DNA from: Hypanus sabinus
Taxonomy: Eukaryota
DNA length: 64,000 nucleotides
Assembly: GCF_030144855.1 (NCBI RefSeq)
Contig: NC_082709.1
Coordinates: 111,786,001-111,850,000 of the forward strand
Direction: 5' to 3'
Shown here: positions 1-16,109 of the stretch, one piece after another
Layout of the letters: each line of letters starts with the position of its first letter
How positions within the stretch are numbered: the first letter of the stretch is position 1
Notes under the pieces: generated by a model
Told to the model about the DNA's origin: nothing
The model's database searches: none
What the model saw: only the letters and a program-made list of their open reading frames with translations
Program-made: the position numbers and the translations under genes

Positions 1-1054
1 CATTCTTAAGTCCAGTCTCCAGATAAAGTCAGGCATTTGCAATTTGGGTAGGCTCAGCATTCGATTATTAGCACTTTTGATTTCATTGTTCTAATTTAGA
101 TGCATTTCATTTTAAATTTTACCAATTTTAAAAACTTTTATAGGATGACTGACTTTCTGTTTGTGGTTTTCAGATGTTCATATTAAAGCTTTTTGACAGT
201 TGGTTCAACTTCGGGTATGGCTTCACCAAGTGAATGCATTTCAGTGAGGGTTCCAACCATACCTGCTCAGAACAGATTCAGTAAACACAAACAGCAAGGC
301 AATTGAAATTGCTTAGGCCATTATGGATCCGTATATTAACAACTGAGATAGCATTTACATGAAATTAAAGGAACAGGACAAGGTTAAAGAGAAAGTAAAT
401 GAGAAAGATACTGAAAAAGGAGAAGAAGTAAATGTCCTCCCAAAGTTAGAACACCTGACTTATAGACACCATGTTACCATGTTCATACATGCAACCAGCA
501 GAATGGATCTGTGGATTTACCTGCTATTACAGAAATCTACTGCCAGGCAGAAGATAAGGCATTTCAACAGGCTTTCTCTCCCCCACCCTCATACAAAGAG
601 CCATGACAAACGGGGGCTGGGTTGAACCAAGCAAAGCTGGGAGCACCGAGCAGGTTCACTCGCTCGCTCACTCACAGAGTCAGCAAGGTCAGCTGGCAGT
701 CCCTCTTCCTGCACCTGATCGCTCTCCCGTCACAGCTGCTTCTGCGAGCCTCTCCCACACATTGACGTGAACAGGCTCTGTGGAGTGGAAGCCTGTTGTA
801 ATACAAGGACTGTCTGTAATAATCAAAAATTACTGTGTTTATAGCTTTCAAAAATCTGGAACAAAAAGCTGATGAGACTGAATAATGGAACCACAAATGT
901 ATCCAGGCATTAGTCCTGCAGGTTAAGTTAGATTTTGGCTATCTCCCACAAAATTGTTTAAGAGGTCTGATGCCTGACAAGTGACTGAGAAATTCTGAAA
1001 TGAGTCAAGGCAGGAGCACAGGTGGAGAGCCAGTTACCTTAATATCCTACACTA

Positions 1055-1228
<174 letters not shown>

Positions 1229-2724
1229 TTAACATGATCCTCCGTGATACGATACAGTACCTGGAAGAGGGGGAGAAATTAATTCTGATCAGCGATGCTT
1301 AAAACATTGAGAAAAAAATTTACAATCAGAATAAACCTGACCCTGCAGAACCCAGTTAATCAAAGAAAATTTTAAGACTGCAGCATAACAAAAGTATTAT
1401 TATTTCAATAGAAATAGCTTTCAAATGCTGCAAAAGTTCTTGTGAAATACTTTTTATTATTAAATTAAACGATGCTACAAAAATCCAAGTTTTTACTGCT
1501 CTAAATTATAAAAATGTGTGGTCGAGCTGAGATAGCATTTAACAAGACTACAAAAACAAATGTAGAAAGTAGAGCATTTGAAATATCCTAGGGCACTCCA
1601 GTAGGGTAAACACAAGTTGGTTCCAGCAGAAAGACATGTTAAATTATTTATAATAAAAATCAGTAGCACTTCTGCATGTACCAAAGATTATTGTGTAATC
1701 AGTGCTGTTGACAGGTTTAGTCTCAAAACCTCTGAGAATGGAGCCAAGTACAGATAAGCTACAACATGTTTGCGAAATTTAATGTTCTCCTGTTAAAATA
1801 ATTTTCATTTAAAGCTTTAGGTCTTTTCCTCAGAGCAGTTGCAGAGCCTTGAGGACATTGATTCAGTGTGAGAAGTGTAAACACAGTAAAATTCTTCCAA
1901 AATACTGTAAATACATCACAAACTATATTACTGAAAATTCCACACGGGGGAGATGCAATACACAATGGTGAAGTGAGGCAAACAAACTGGAGAGTCAAAA
2001 CAAATGGCAACATAAACTTTACCAGTATTAAATTCTAAATGCTCAAATAACAGATAAAATCATTATATTTGAACAAGAATATAGTGGGAAATGTTGGAAC
2101 AAAGGATGATATAGCAACACACAAAATGCTGGAGGAACTCAGAAGGTAAGGCAGCACCTATGGAAAGGAATAAAGAGTTGACTTTTCGGACCGATATTTC
2201 ATCAAGACTGGAAAAAAAAGTGGGAAGAAACCAGAATAAGGTTGGGGGGGGGGGGGGAAGAAGAGGAAAGAGGACAAACTGGCGGGTAATAGGTAAAGCC
2301 AGGAAGGGGGAAGTGGGTGGGTGGGGTATAGCATATGAATGTCTCTTCCACCACAGTTTGCAATGATTACCTACAGCAAGCAACCCTCACTAACCATGCC
2401 ATCTTAAAATGAGATCTTCATAGGTCTTGGAATCAGCAGTCAGATTCAGTATTTCAGGCCTGGCATACTGAGTGCAATGACCTAACTCTACCTCTGTGCG
2501 TCTTGGCACTAGGACCTTTATAGTGGACATGTCACCAACACAAAAGCAACGAGTACACAGCAACTGCAGATGCACCATTTCAGACTGATTTAACTTTCCC
2601 CACTCTCAGTCAACAACATTGCAGGAAGACATAGCCCACCACTACCATCATCTCAAGGGCTAATCAGGGATGAGCAAAAAACACCAGCCTCAGCAATGAA
2701 ACCCACATCCCAAAAGTGTGGTAA

Positions 2725-3685
2725 CACACACACAAAATACTGGTGGAACACAGCAGGCCAGGCAGCATTTACAGGGAGAAGTGCTGCCGACGTTTCAGGC
2801 CGAGACCCTTCGTCAGGACTAACTGAAAGATACTACGAGATTTTGAAAGTAGGAGGGGGAGGGGGAAATCTGAAATGATTGAAGACTGGAGGAGGAGGGA
2901 TGAAGCTGAGAGCCGGACAGGTGATTGGTAAAAGGGATACTGAGCTAGAGAAGGGAAAGGATCATGGGACAGGAGGCCGAGGGAGAAAGGAGCACCAGAG
3001 GGAGGTGATCAGGCACAGTGATGGGCAGAGAGAGAGAAAAAAAAACTAAATATATCAGGGATGGGGTAAGAAGGGGAGGGGCATTAACAGAAGTTAGAGA
3101 AGTCAATGTTCATGCCATCAGGTTAGAGGCTACCCAGCCGGTATATAAAGTTTTGTTCCTCCAACCCGAGTGTGGCTTCATCTTGACAGTAGAGGAGGCC
3201 ATGGATAGGCATATCGGAATGGGAATGGGACATGGAATTAAAACGTGTGGCCACTGGGAGATCCTGCTTTCTCTGGCAGACAGAGTGTAGGTGTTCAGCG
3301 AAACGGTCTCCCAGTCTGTGTCGGGTCTCGCCAATATATAAAAGGCCACACCGGGAGCACTGGATGCAGTATACCACACCAGTCGACTCACAGGTGAAGT
3401 GTCGCCTCACCTGGAAGGACTGTCTGGGGCCCTGAATGGTGGTGAGGGAGGAAGTGTAAGGGCAGGTGTAGCACTTGTTCCACTGACAAGGTTAAGTGCC
3501 AGGAGGGAGATCGGTGGGAAGGGATGGGAGGATGAGTGGACAAGGGAGTCGTGTAGGGAGCGATCCCTGTGGAAAGCAGAAGGTGGGGGGAGGGAAAGGT
3601 GCTTGGTAGTGGGATCCCGTTGGAGGTGGCGGAAGTTACAGAGAATTATACGTTGGATCCGGAGGCTGGTGGGGTGGTAGGTAAT
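2725..3685 (-). mobile_element. Penelope-like retroelement fragment (GIY-YIG endonuclease and 3' end)
   Basis: ORF 3123-3410 FTCESTGVVYCIQCSRCGLLYIGETRHRLGDRFAEH is a GIY-YIG motif; the family recurs across the window. Confidence 0.85.
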
Positions 3686-4829
3686 AGGTGGTAGATGGTA
3701 GCCCAAAAATGTGGGTTGAGTGCGGCTGGATTACACACTGGGCTGGAGCTGGCTCCTCCCATTGTTGCTGCCCTCTGGTGCTCACTCAGTGGAAGAACAA
3801 GCTAGACCAGGACAACTCAGGGATCTGGGGTATACATATATTCTTTTCTGTTTGTGACTTTTCATAACCCTATCTGCAATTTGTGCTCTGTGCAGTGAGC
3901 TGTCGGTAACACGTTTTGCACCTTGGTCCCAGAACACTGTTTTGTTTGGCTGTATTCATGCATGGTTGAATGATAATTAAACTCAAACTTGAAAAATGAG
4001 TAGAAGACATCTTGCATCTCCTCATTTACATGAATGGCCATCATTATTTCACAAAGGAAACTCATTAGGTTGCATCCAAACACACAACACCTTTGTAAAT
4101 GAGGGCATGCAAGATACCCTCAAAAAGAGTTATCTTTCAGATATACAAGCTTCCAAACAAGGATTTGGACCTAGTAATGATAAAGGAATGGCAATTTATT
4201 TCCAAGTGAGGAAGACTTACATCTTTAAGCTCTGCAGGTGGTGGGCTTGAGAGCTGTTGTTGCATTCACCCAGGAAAGAACAGAATAGAGGCAAAAGCCA
4301 TATTGTAGTAGCTCTAGTAACACAAATTCACCACTACAGAAATCATACATGATTACCATAAAATCAGATATGTGAAACAAAAATTCACTCACAAAATTTA
4401 TATATTGTAAACAAAAAATATATTTTACCCCTCAATTCTCACTTCTTGACACACACACAATGAGACTTCATGTCATGGAAAACCATAATATGGACTATTA
4501 TCTATAAAAGCAAGCTCCCTGTAACATGGGAATTATTTGCATTCCTGGCTTGCGCCTTGAAGAAAATAAAGAGGCATTCTTGAATCATTCATGCAGCTCA
4601 CCCAACCTCTGACCTACTCTTTAAGAGTTTCCATGCTGTGTAGCTGGCTCAAATGAGCCTCTGGACAACAGTGGCCACATCAACCCCATCCCACTCCCTG
4701 TCAGTGATTATGGGTGTCTCACAGTGGTGTCACAAAACATCAAAAATAGGTTGTCTAAATCTGTCTTGTAGCACATTGCCTGGAAAGTCCATGGTGCAAA
4801 AGTTACTTGCTATTTCCATCCCTATGGAC

Positions 4830-5530
4830 TCAACACTTGGATACAAATTTGGTTTGGTGGAGTGGAGGGTTATTTTTCGGATTGGAGGCCCAGTCCCATA
4901 ACCAGAGGTGGATTACAGGAATTGCAGTGCACTGCTGGGGTGAGTCATCTGTTTTTTTTTGTCAAATATATTAATGGTTCATATGAAATGGTAGCTGATA
5001 TCATTGGCAAGTCTGTGGATGGCATCAAAATTAGTGGTGCAATGGATGGTGAAGGCTAGTCAAGGTTACAAAGAATCTAGGTCAACTGGGAAAGCAAGCA
5101 AAGAAATGGCGGATGGAATTTAAACTAAACAAATGTAAAGTGTTGCATTTGGGTTAGTTAAACTAGGGCAGGAATTACATAGTAAATATCAAGACCCTGG
5201 GGAGTGCTGCAGAACAGAAACCTAGTGGTACAAGTACAAACTAGTGATGCAGGTAAACCAGGTGATGAGGGAATAGGTGTTGGCACGTTTGGCTGCAGAA
5301 GATGGAACACTGAGTACAAACACTTGCACAAGACATCAGATGGATGCTCTACTGTTGGAAGGCTGCAATTAAACTGGAAAGGATATAAGGATGGTTTGGG
5401 ATTGGAGAACTCAAGGAGAGAGTGGATAGCTGGGACTGTTTTCCCTGGAACAACAGAAGCTGAGGGTGGTCTTAAAGTCTAAAACTAGAGGGCATAGAGT
5501 TAGGATGAGGGTGTAAAGATTTAGAGGGCC
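4830..5530 (+). mobile_element. Decayed CR1-like LINE fragment
   Basis: Degenerate RT-like peptides (SDWRP, YING..., KCKVLHL) and a CR1-type 3' region. Confidence 0.6.
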
Positions 5531-5789
5531 CGGGGTATGTTATCTGGGAATGGATTCTAATGTCGGTTTCTTTACCAGACCAAATACTTACAGTATGCAA
5601 CAATATCACGAAGCACTCTCCATTCGATTGATCAATAAGTGCGATATTCTAGATCTGAAAGACTGTCACAGCCGATTTCAATAAAAAATAGAACAGTGTA
5701 AACCAGTATTCAGATACAACCTACCGCAGTAAAACTAACAAGAGTATAACTGTGAAGTTAATTTAACACGAAAGAGCTATCTGGATCAT

Positions 5790-6300
5790 CGGGGAAGGTG
5801 CGACCCGACTCGGGAGATGGGCTCAGTCCCTGCTTCCTTCAATGGTTCCTATTGTGACGTTCTCCACAAAACAAGGGCTGGAGTTGAAAGGTCATCGCAA
5901 AACAATTACTCCTGCAAACGGTCGACATTACCATCCTTTCTAACTTTATGCTTTGCTGCGCTTCCTGGACAAAGAGGCCGCACCGCTCCTGGTACTGTAC
6001 CTCCTCTCTCGAGCAGCAGTCCTCCAGGGGGGAGCTGGTTCGCCGACTCCGGCTCACGTCGATCGATCCATCGCTCGGCCCTCACCGCCGCCTGTTTCCG
6101 GGTAGAGGAGTCCCGTGGGCCGTTGCTAGGGAGTCGGGGGATCTACCCGGATCCGTGCGATTCGCCCCCGTTGTGTCAGAAGCATTGGCCAGTTGCTTTA
6201 CTCACCTCTTTCCTTACCATGGAAGCACCAAAGACTGCAAATGGAGGAACTCAGGGAGTCGAGAAGTGTGTGTGAGAGAGAGACTGATGGCCTAGGTCAG
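5790..6300 (-). promoter_or_regulatory. CpG-rich region; probable RCBTB1 promoter and non-coding first exon
   Basis: High CpG density ~5 kb upstream of the RCBTB1 ATG exon. Minus-strand GTGAG donor candidates at 6085 and 6205. ETS-like TTCCGG and RFX-like GTTGCTAGGG motifs. Confidence 0.55.
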
Positions 6301-6349
6301 AACCCTGTGTACGACTTACGGCCCAGGCAACTAGAGAAGACAAGATTAT

Positions 6350-7385
6350 AACAGGTGTACTGCTCAGAGATTTGTTTATATGCTAATGACATTCTCGTAA
6401 CGCTTACCAGTCCCAGTGCAGGCTTGCCTAAATTATTATCCCTGCTGAAAGAATTCGGCTCCTACTCTGGCTATAAATTAAATTTACATCAAACCCAAAC
6501 TTTAAATTTCAATTACGAATCACATGAAAACATTTTCAGAATGAGTAAATTCAAACGGAAAGGTAATATTAATTACCTAGGAGTGTAAATACCTGAAGAC
6601 TTGTCTACTATCTACGAACATAATTATATTCCCATAAGGCAGACTTAAATAGATGGTCATTGCTGCCAATGAATATGTATAATCGAATAGAAGCCATAAA
6701 GATGAATGTATTACCTAGATTGTTCTTTCTTTTTCAATCATTGCCTGTTGAAGTACCTTTTAAGCAATTTAATGAATGGAAAAGAATGGTTTCAACATTT
6801 ACTTGGGGAAAACAGAAACCAAGAATTAGATTTCAGACATTACAGCTGCCCAAGGATAAAGGTGGAGTTGCTGTGCCTTGCTTTGAAGACTGCACAGTCT
6901 GGTCTGTTGGTGTGACCCTAATTGTGAGGCAAAGTGGAAGGATTTAGAACAAAGTCTAATAAATATCCCTCTCCAATCTTTACTAGGGGATAAAACACTC
7001 CCAGAGAAGTATTTAAATAAACTCAGTGGACAACAGTCCCTCTAAACATCTGGTATAAAGAATTTAAAGACCCAAAATTTTAAAGAAATGTAAGAATACG
7101 TTGGGTGGCACATGACACCGAATTCCTTCCAGTACAATTGGATGATAGATCTACAAATCGGACAAGTAAGGGAATCACCTCATATGGTACAATATCCCCT
7201 ATTAAGGGTTTGGAGTCCTTTCAACAACTCACAAAAACGTATCACTTACAGAAACAGGACTTCCTTAGATATCTTCAACTAAGACAATATTTCAACAATA
7301 ATATTAAAAATATTGGAGAGAAAGGGTTAAGTCTGATTAATATATTCATTTATGTGTATAAAGGTAATATTAAAAAGAAACTCTA
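6350..7385 (+). mobile_element. L1/Tx1-clade LINE ORF2 fragment
   Basis: ICLYANDIL (YADD-like), EFGSYSGYKLNL, NYLGV, RIEAIKMNVLPRLFFLFQSLP. Confidence 0.85.
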
Positions 7386-7859
7386 TGGAAAAGAGTACAG
7401 TCGACGCTTCGGGCCGAGACCCTACATCAGGACGGGAAAACAAGATGAGCTGGGAAGTTGATTAGTGAAAGAAATGCAGGGCTGGAGAAGGGGGAATCTG
7501 ATCGGAGGGGACAGGAGGCCTCTTGAAGAAAGAAAAGGGGGAGGTGTAGCATTTGTTCCGCTTGGAGAGAGATCAGTGGGGAGGGACGAATGGATAAGGG
7601 AACCGCAAGAGGATGATGCCTGCGGAAAGTAGAAAGTGGGGGCAGATAAAAAATGACGACCTGGTACCGACTACCCTATCCCTACTCGTAATACGTAATT
7701 TCACACACCTCCATCGGGTCATTCCAACCTTTCAGATCTGTACCCATGACTACAGACGTCCAATCCTGGCAACATCCTGGTTCATCACCTTTGCACTCTC
7801 CCCAACATGACCGCATTCACGTGTCTCCGTTTCCGCACACATTCCCGTTTAGTAGGTTC

Positions 7860-8620
7860 GTAAACACGGGAAAATCTGCAGATGCGGGAGGTCCAAGGCA
7901 GAAGGCACGGAAATGCTGGAGGAACTCAGCGCGCCGGGCGGCTTGAACAAACAGCCGAGACCCTTCAGCACCGAGAAAGAGGAGTCACAAGAAGAAGTGT
8001 GGGGAGGGGGATACAGGATGGATGAAACGGGGAGAGGTTAAGTGGGAAACTGATAGGTGAAAGAGTTCCAGGGCTGGAGAAGAATCTGATAGGAGAGGGT
8101 GGAAGGCCATGGAAGAAAGAGAAGGGGGAAGGAGCATCAGAAGAGGTGGTGGGCAGCTAAGGAGATGAGGCGAGAGAGGGAAACAGAAATGGGGAATGGT
8201 GGGGGGGGGGGGGGAAATGACTGGATCTAACCAGACTATGAGGAGTTTTTCCTCCAACCTGAATGTGGCCTCATCACGTCAGTAGGGGAGGCCATGGACT
8301 GACATATGGGAATGGGAAGTGAATCAAAATGGATGGCCACTGGGGGAGATCTCTTTTTCTGGTGCTCGGCCAAACACCAGTCTATGTCAGGTCTCACCGA
8401 TATACAGGAGGCCGCACCGGACACAGTAGATGTCCCCAACAGACTCACAGGTGAAGTGCCGCCTCATCTTTAGCAACTGTTTGGGGCCCTGAATGGTGGT
8501 AAGGGAGGAGGTGTAGCACTTGTTTCCTTTGCAAGGTTAAATACCACAGGAGAGATCAGTAGGGAGTGACGAGCAGACAAGGGATTCATGTAGAGAGTGA
8601 TCCCTGCGGAAAGTGGGGAG
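7860..8620 (-). mobile_element. Penelope-like element fragment
   Basis: Collinear similarity to 2725-3685. Confidence 0.75.
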
Positions 8621-10691
8621 GGAGTTAAATCAACAGATGAGAACTAAATCAAGCTGGTAAAGGTAACCACGGAGACTCCTAGATTGTTGTATGCTGGACA
8701 CTTAAGAACTTCAAGTACTGCAGGTCTACACCCATCAATGGGTTACTGGTTGGTGGAGGAGCTGGACTTGGTGCTGTCTGCTATAGAAAGGTGTGGGAGT
8801 TGGTGCGCGAAGGTGGCGTGCAGTCTTAACAGCAAGTGATCGTCTTGGGTCTCTTTTACTTGTGATCACATGATCCTGTTGGACACCGGTGATGTGGGGT
8901 GTTCCACGTCTGGTCCACAGGTCCAACGGCAAGGAAGGGCCTTGGTTGTAGTGTGGGCTCACCTGTTAGCAGTCACTGAGGAGGGAGGCGTTGGAGTCAG
9001 TGTGGCATGGTGTCCATGCTGCCCGCCTGTATTCACTTAAAAGACAAGCTGGATTGCGGTCATCAGCAGACTGCCGCGGGCTTGCTCTGGACTGGGACAC
9101 TTGGGGTGTACTATTGTTGGTGCGACTGTATGACTAATGCTATGTGCCTTGGTACTGTGTTTTGCACCTTTGTCCCTGAGGAACACTTACATTTAGCTGT
9201 ATTTATGGGTGCCCATGAATGTTTGAATAACTATTAAACTTGAACTGTAAGAATATACTTTGTCCTTTTGTTACATATGACTCCAGACCCACAAAAATGG
9301 TTGAACTTTAATTCTTCCTCAGTTCGTGTACAAACAGAGATGGGCTGCACAGTAAGTGCCAGGATAGCCCAGGCTTGTGACCAAATTTAAGAGAAAACTT
9401 TGAATGTAGATTCTTGCATTCAAACAAGCCAAGTCAAACTGAAAACAGCTGAACACTATTTATGTGCTAAATTTTAAAAGTACCTGTATTATTACATGCA
9501 GTAAATCTGAGATAATACTTCTAAGCTTCACCGAACAAATCTGCAACGATAATATAAAAAGACAATTCTTACACTATAGTTGCTGTTACATGCCAATGGG
9601 TTGGGCTCCCCTGGATGCCTATACATCACATTAATCAGCAAAACATTTAAATGGATGGGGAAAACATTAAGCTGTGATAAATCTTCATACCAGTACACAG
9701 GTGGGGCAATTCCAATAGTAATTCAGAAACTCATGGATTTAAACATTCTAGGAGATGGAATGAAGACCCAAGAAGTTGAATAGTAATAGTATATATCTGA
9801 AACTTGGTAACATCAACAGGTGACATACAGTTTAGTGTAAGTGAGAAGGTTATGGTACCCTCTAAATTGGATCAGCAAGAAAGCTTTAAATATGTAATGA
9901 AAAGTTTTATACTTTAAACTTCATCAGAGATCAAAGAACAGCATGAATGTTCAAATATCTTTAAAGAATTGACAATATTAAGCAGAATTGTTTAATTTTT
10001 TAAACAAACCAAATAAAGCTTCTTTCTAAAATCTAAAAAAAAAGATGTTTTAGGACAAACACCTGTTATTTTTGACATTAAAAAAGGGAAACTACATAGT
10101 CAACCCTGCAGTTAACTAATGTTGAAGCAGAAATATTGTTACAATATAGTAGAGATTAAAATAAAATAGAAAGTAAAAATACAACAGTGTGGAAAGATTA
10201 AGAGAACTCCAATACTTGCTACTTGGCAGAATGGTCTTCATCACTACTTGAACTGATGGTCACTGCCCATCAAATCTGAAGCCATTGTTGCCTACAGCAC
10301 ATCCTGACAGCTCGATTAAACAATTAGAGTGCAACTAATGCCAATTAGCTGCTACATTTCACAAGAAACCATTCTTCAGAAGTACTTTGTTGGCTGTAAA
10401 CAGCTTTGAGATATTCATGGGCAGCAGGAGGCCCATATGAATTCAAGTCCATTCTCAGCAATTGACAACAACTTCATGATTTCTCAGGACACAGTTCATG
10501 CTTATATAATTAAAAAGAGGAAATATTGCTTATGAATGGTGAAATAGAACTGCATTGAACGTAACTGATTTTATGATAAGTGTAAATCAAATGTAAAATG
10601 AATCCATTATTTTGATGGAAATCTGTGAACTTTTCTTCCAACATAAACTTCTAGAGGGTTTATTTTCTCCTGGCCGTATTGGCAGAACTAT

Positions 10692-11051
<360 letters not shown>

Positions 11052-13214
11052 TCAAGAAGAGAAGTGGTACAGGGCAAGGAAAAGAAAGGAAGGTGAAGTT
11101 TGAGTTATCACAGACTTTCCTGCTGCTTTCTTCCCTGGCTGGGAATTTGCATCATATCTGTTCATCTTCCAGTCATGGTGAAAAAGTAATCAGCCTTAAA
11201 TGTTGTCTCTGATTCTCCTCTCTCTCTATACCCCCACCCCCAACACCTTGCAGTGAGTGCTTCAGGCATTTCAACTTGAAGACTTCGGTAATCTTACGTT
11301 TCCAGAAAGCACCAGTTTTAGTTTATCCTAGTTGGCAACTGGCACCAACTAGACATGTTCCAAAAATAGCTAAAATATTATCTATCAATCTGAAACTTAA
11401 TGAGACAAATGCTGGAGTATGATATGTGCCCACCTTTCTAACTTTTCATTGCATTTAAAAAAAATCTGATTATACTTAAGGATAATTGAAGTTGTACATA
11501 TCATCTGGAAATGATGTGCTTTTATTATGTAACAGAGAGTCAGCTCCAGTGTCAGAACTTCTAATGATGCAGTGGTTGGATCTGACTAAGGACACACCTT
11601 GCAGCTGCTTTTCCATACTCTGTCCTAGACTGTAGACCCAGGCAGTGGAACCCATCCCTGGGATTATACCTGCTTCACCCTCTTAGTGGGTAGATGACAC
11701 ATTCACTGTTTGTGAAACATGACAAGGAGTTACTGGAAAGGAAACTATTATAATCAATGCTTAACCAGAGGCAAAAGGTCTGCACACTTTTTTACTATTT
11801 CAATAATAATCTTTTAATTATTGGAAGACCTGATATCTGCTCCTATGTTCTGATGTGAGCCATTCACAAACAGAGTGATTACGTTCATGTAGTTTCCAGT
11901 AAGGGCAGAGGAATGTTGTTTTATCTTACTATGGAGGATGAAAGGAACGATGCATAGTTGGGAATGTGGTCTCACTGGTTTAGCAGGTAAAAATACTTCT
12001 CAATGAATATTGAGAAAGGTTGGTCCAGGCCCCAGAGTGTATTGAAGTGATTGAACCCAATGTTTGGATGATGATTTAAACGCCGGGCCAAGTCAGAAAG
12101 TTGGGTACAGGCCAAACTGAGGTGCGGGGTCCAGGTGCCAGAGTGTATCAAAGTGACTGAACCTGAGGTGGGGGATTATTCCAGTTAAGATGGTGCCTGT
12201 GTACAATGCTCCTTTGGTCAACATCTTCTGGATAGATCATGAAATCATATACTTTTAAGTCTTCTACATTTGCTTTTTTTTTTGTCTTGGATGTGATTCT
12301 GGAACTATTGGAGCCTGTGACTTGCTGTTTGGAGATTGAAGATTCCAGGAGGCAGAGACAGCATGTGAGAACATCATGGTGGGCAGGTCATAAGACAGGG
12401 TGAAAGCCAAAGTTGGACTCCATTTCACTGATTAAAGCGACAAGGGAGATTGAATCAGAGGCGAAGGCAGAAGTTTGGAGACTGTTTAGGTGTTTCAGGA
12501 CATTGCAGTGTCTGAGGGGATCTGGGAGGTAGAGGCAGCATGCACAAACCTCATGGTGGGCAGGGTGATGTTTGACTCCATTTCACCGATTAAAGGTTAC
12601 ATTGTTTACCCACTGAAGCAACGAGGGAGATTGAAACATCAAGGCAAATGTGCAAGGTGAGCACTGGCTGCCTGCCCCTGCGCCTGGAGAATGTTGCCCA
12701 GGTTTTTTGCGTTTTGGATGTGGACTTGGACTGCAGACTTTCTTTGGTCTTACAGTTTTTTTTTGTGTTGTGTTTTGGCCTGATCTTTCTCTTTTTTTTG
12801 TGTGGGAGGAGGGATTTGGGGATTGATGTGCCTGTTCCATTTTTTTACAGAGGGTTTTGGATGTTGATGACTGTGCTTCCTCTTCTTTCTTAGTTTCATG
12901 GTTACCCAGAGAAGACAAATTTCAGAGTTTTATACTTAGATAATAAATGAACCTTTGAACCTTCAGTTTGCTGCTCTGAACTAAGGGTCTATGGCCAGGA
13001 CTGACTTTGTGAACTTCAGTTCAGAACACTATTTGTTCATAAGATTTGTTTTTTTTACTCCTGCACATTGGGAGGTTGAGCTTTTTAAAAAATGCTTTTT
13101 CCTTTGTGTTTCTTTGTTTCATGGCTGCTTGTTAGGAGGTGAACCCCAATGTATACATACTTCGATAATAAATGTACCTTGAATGTTATTATTGAACTAT
13201 AAATATTCTGGTCA

Positions 13215-14430
13215 CTGAATTATACGAAAGATATCAACAAAATAGAGAGAGTAAGGGGAAGATTTACTAGAATGTTAGCTGGGTTTCAGCACCTAAGTTA
13301 CAGGGAAAGGCTGAACAAGTTAGGTCTTTATTATTTAGAGTGTAGAAGGTTGAGGGGAGACTTGATAGAGGTATTTAAAATAATGAGGGGGATAGATTGA
13401 GTTGACATGGATAGGCTTTTTCCATTGAGAGTAGGGAAGATTCAAACAAGAGGACATGAGATGAGAGTTAGGGCTACCATTTCTTCAATTTGGAATATTG
13501 ATTTACAACCTCATTTTATCACTGCAATTTTTGGTATACCAAATGAAGATGATAGTCGATTCTCCCCTTCAATTAGACGAATGATTGCCTTTGTAACATT
13601 AATGGCCAGGAGATCTATATTACAAAATTGAAAAGTAAATCCTCCTACCACATTTCAGTGGTTCTCTCAAACTATTTCTTGTTTAAGTTTAGAAAAAATT
13701 AGAAGTACTATTTTTGATTCATCAATTAAATTTGAAGAAACTTGGGGACCGTTCATTCGACACTTTCATATGAATTAATTTGACTTATTCCACACCTTTA
13801 CTCTTATTATTCTTGTTCTGGTATGGAGTTCCGGAGTTTTTGACACTATCATGTACATATAAACTATTATTACTGCCCATGTTAGTTTAGGTTTATTTTT
13901 TTTATTATTTCCTTAAATATACATTTTTTCTTATATTTTATATATTTTTTTCTTTTGATGATTATTCTTAATCTTTTCATGTATAATCAATATAGATTAG
14001 ATTGATTATTGTATGATCCTTTTTCACTGATAGTTTAATAAGATATTGTTATCTTGTTACTAATTTAATTTCAAATCTATTGTATTCATAACCTATTTAA
14101 TATAATATTATGTTATGGTTTTTTTTAAAAACTAATAAAAAGATTGAAAAAGAGATGAGAGTTAGGGGGAAAAAGTTTAAGGGTAACACGAGGGGGGAAT
14201 TTCTTTACTCAGAGAGTAGCAGCTGTGTGGAATGAGCTTCCAGTAGAAGTGGTAGAGGCAGGTTCGGTATTGTCATTTAAAGTAAAATTGGATAGGTATA
14301 TGGACAAAAAAGAAATGAAGAGTTATGGGCTGAGTGCGGGCCAGTGGGACTAGGTGAGAGTAAGCGTTCAGCACGGACTAGAAGGGCTGAGATGGCCTGT
14401 TCCCGTGCTGTAATTGTTAAATTGTTATAT
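13215..14430 (+). mobile_element. CR1-like LINE 3' end interrupted by an L1-like insertion
   Basis: CR1-type 3' coding and UTR sequence lies on both sides of 13474-14151. Confidence 0.7.
13474..14151 (+). mobile_element. 5'-truncated L1/Tx1-like LINE with a 16-bp TSD
   Basis: GAGATGAGAGTTAGGG is duplicated at 13458-13473 and 14152-14167; ORF2 C-terminal-like IAFVTLMARRSIL; AATAAA and an A-rich tail. Confidence 0.8.
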
Positions 14431-14988
14431 AAATACCCGGACAGCCTTTGGCTGGATCCGTACTGCTATCCATTAAGTGTCCATTAAGTATCCTTTGGTG
14501 CTTTCATTCAACATTGTTTTTCACCTCCCACTGAGGTATATTTGCTAACGCATGGGTGTGGACTTCCCTGTTTTCAGCCTTTTACGAGACCAAAGAGCAG
14601 TAAATGTACAAAATACAAGAGGAGCCAGTACCCTCAGCACCACAGCCCTAAGGAGAGTCATATGGCACACAAGCATGCCCATTGGCCAGCTCATCAACGT
14701 GCTGCCGAGCGAGCTGGTCCCATTTGTCTGCATTTGGCCCACAGCTCTCTAAACCTCCCCCATCCATGTACACATCTCGGTGGCTTTTAAACAGGTTGCT
14801 GCTGTCACAAAGATAAAGGAACAGAACCAAAGGCAATCTGTGAGAGACAGAACTCAACATCTTAAAAATGGATTTGTCAATAATAGACACTTTTCTAACA
14901 AGAAAAAGCAAATTAATGTGAATTTTGGTGAGTTATTCAACAAAGATGTTACAACTTTGACATTTTGTATAATATGGCAATCTTCTTA

Positions 14989-16109
<1,121 letters not shown>

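Noticed and set aside
5817-6275. 152-aa ORF starting MGSV, considered as ARL11
   Set aside because: No P-loop (GLDxAGKT) or other ARF motifs; a chance ORF in a CpG island.
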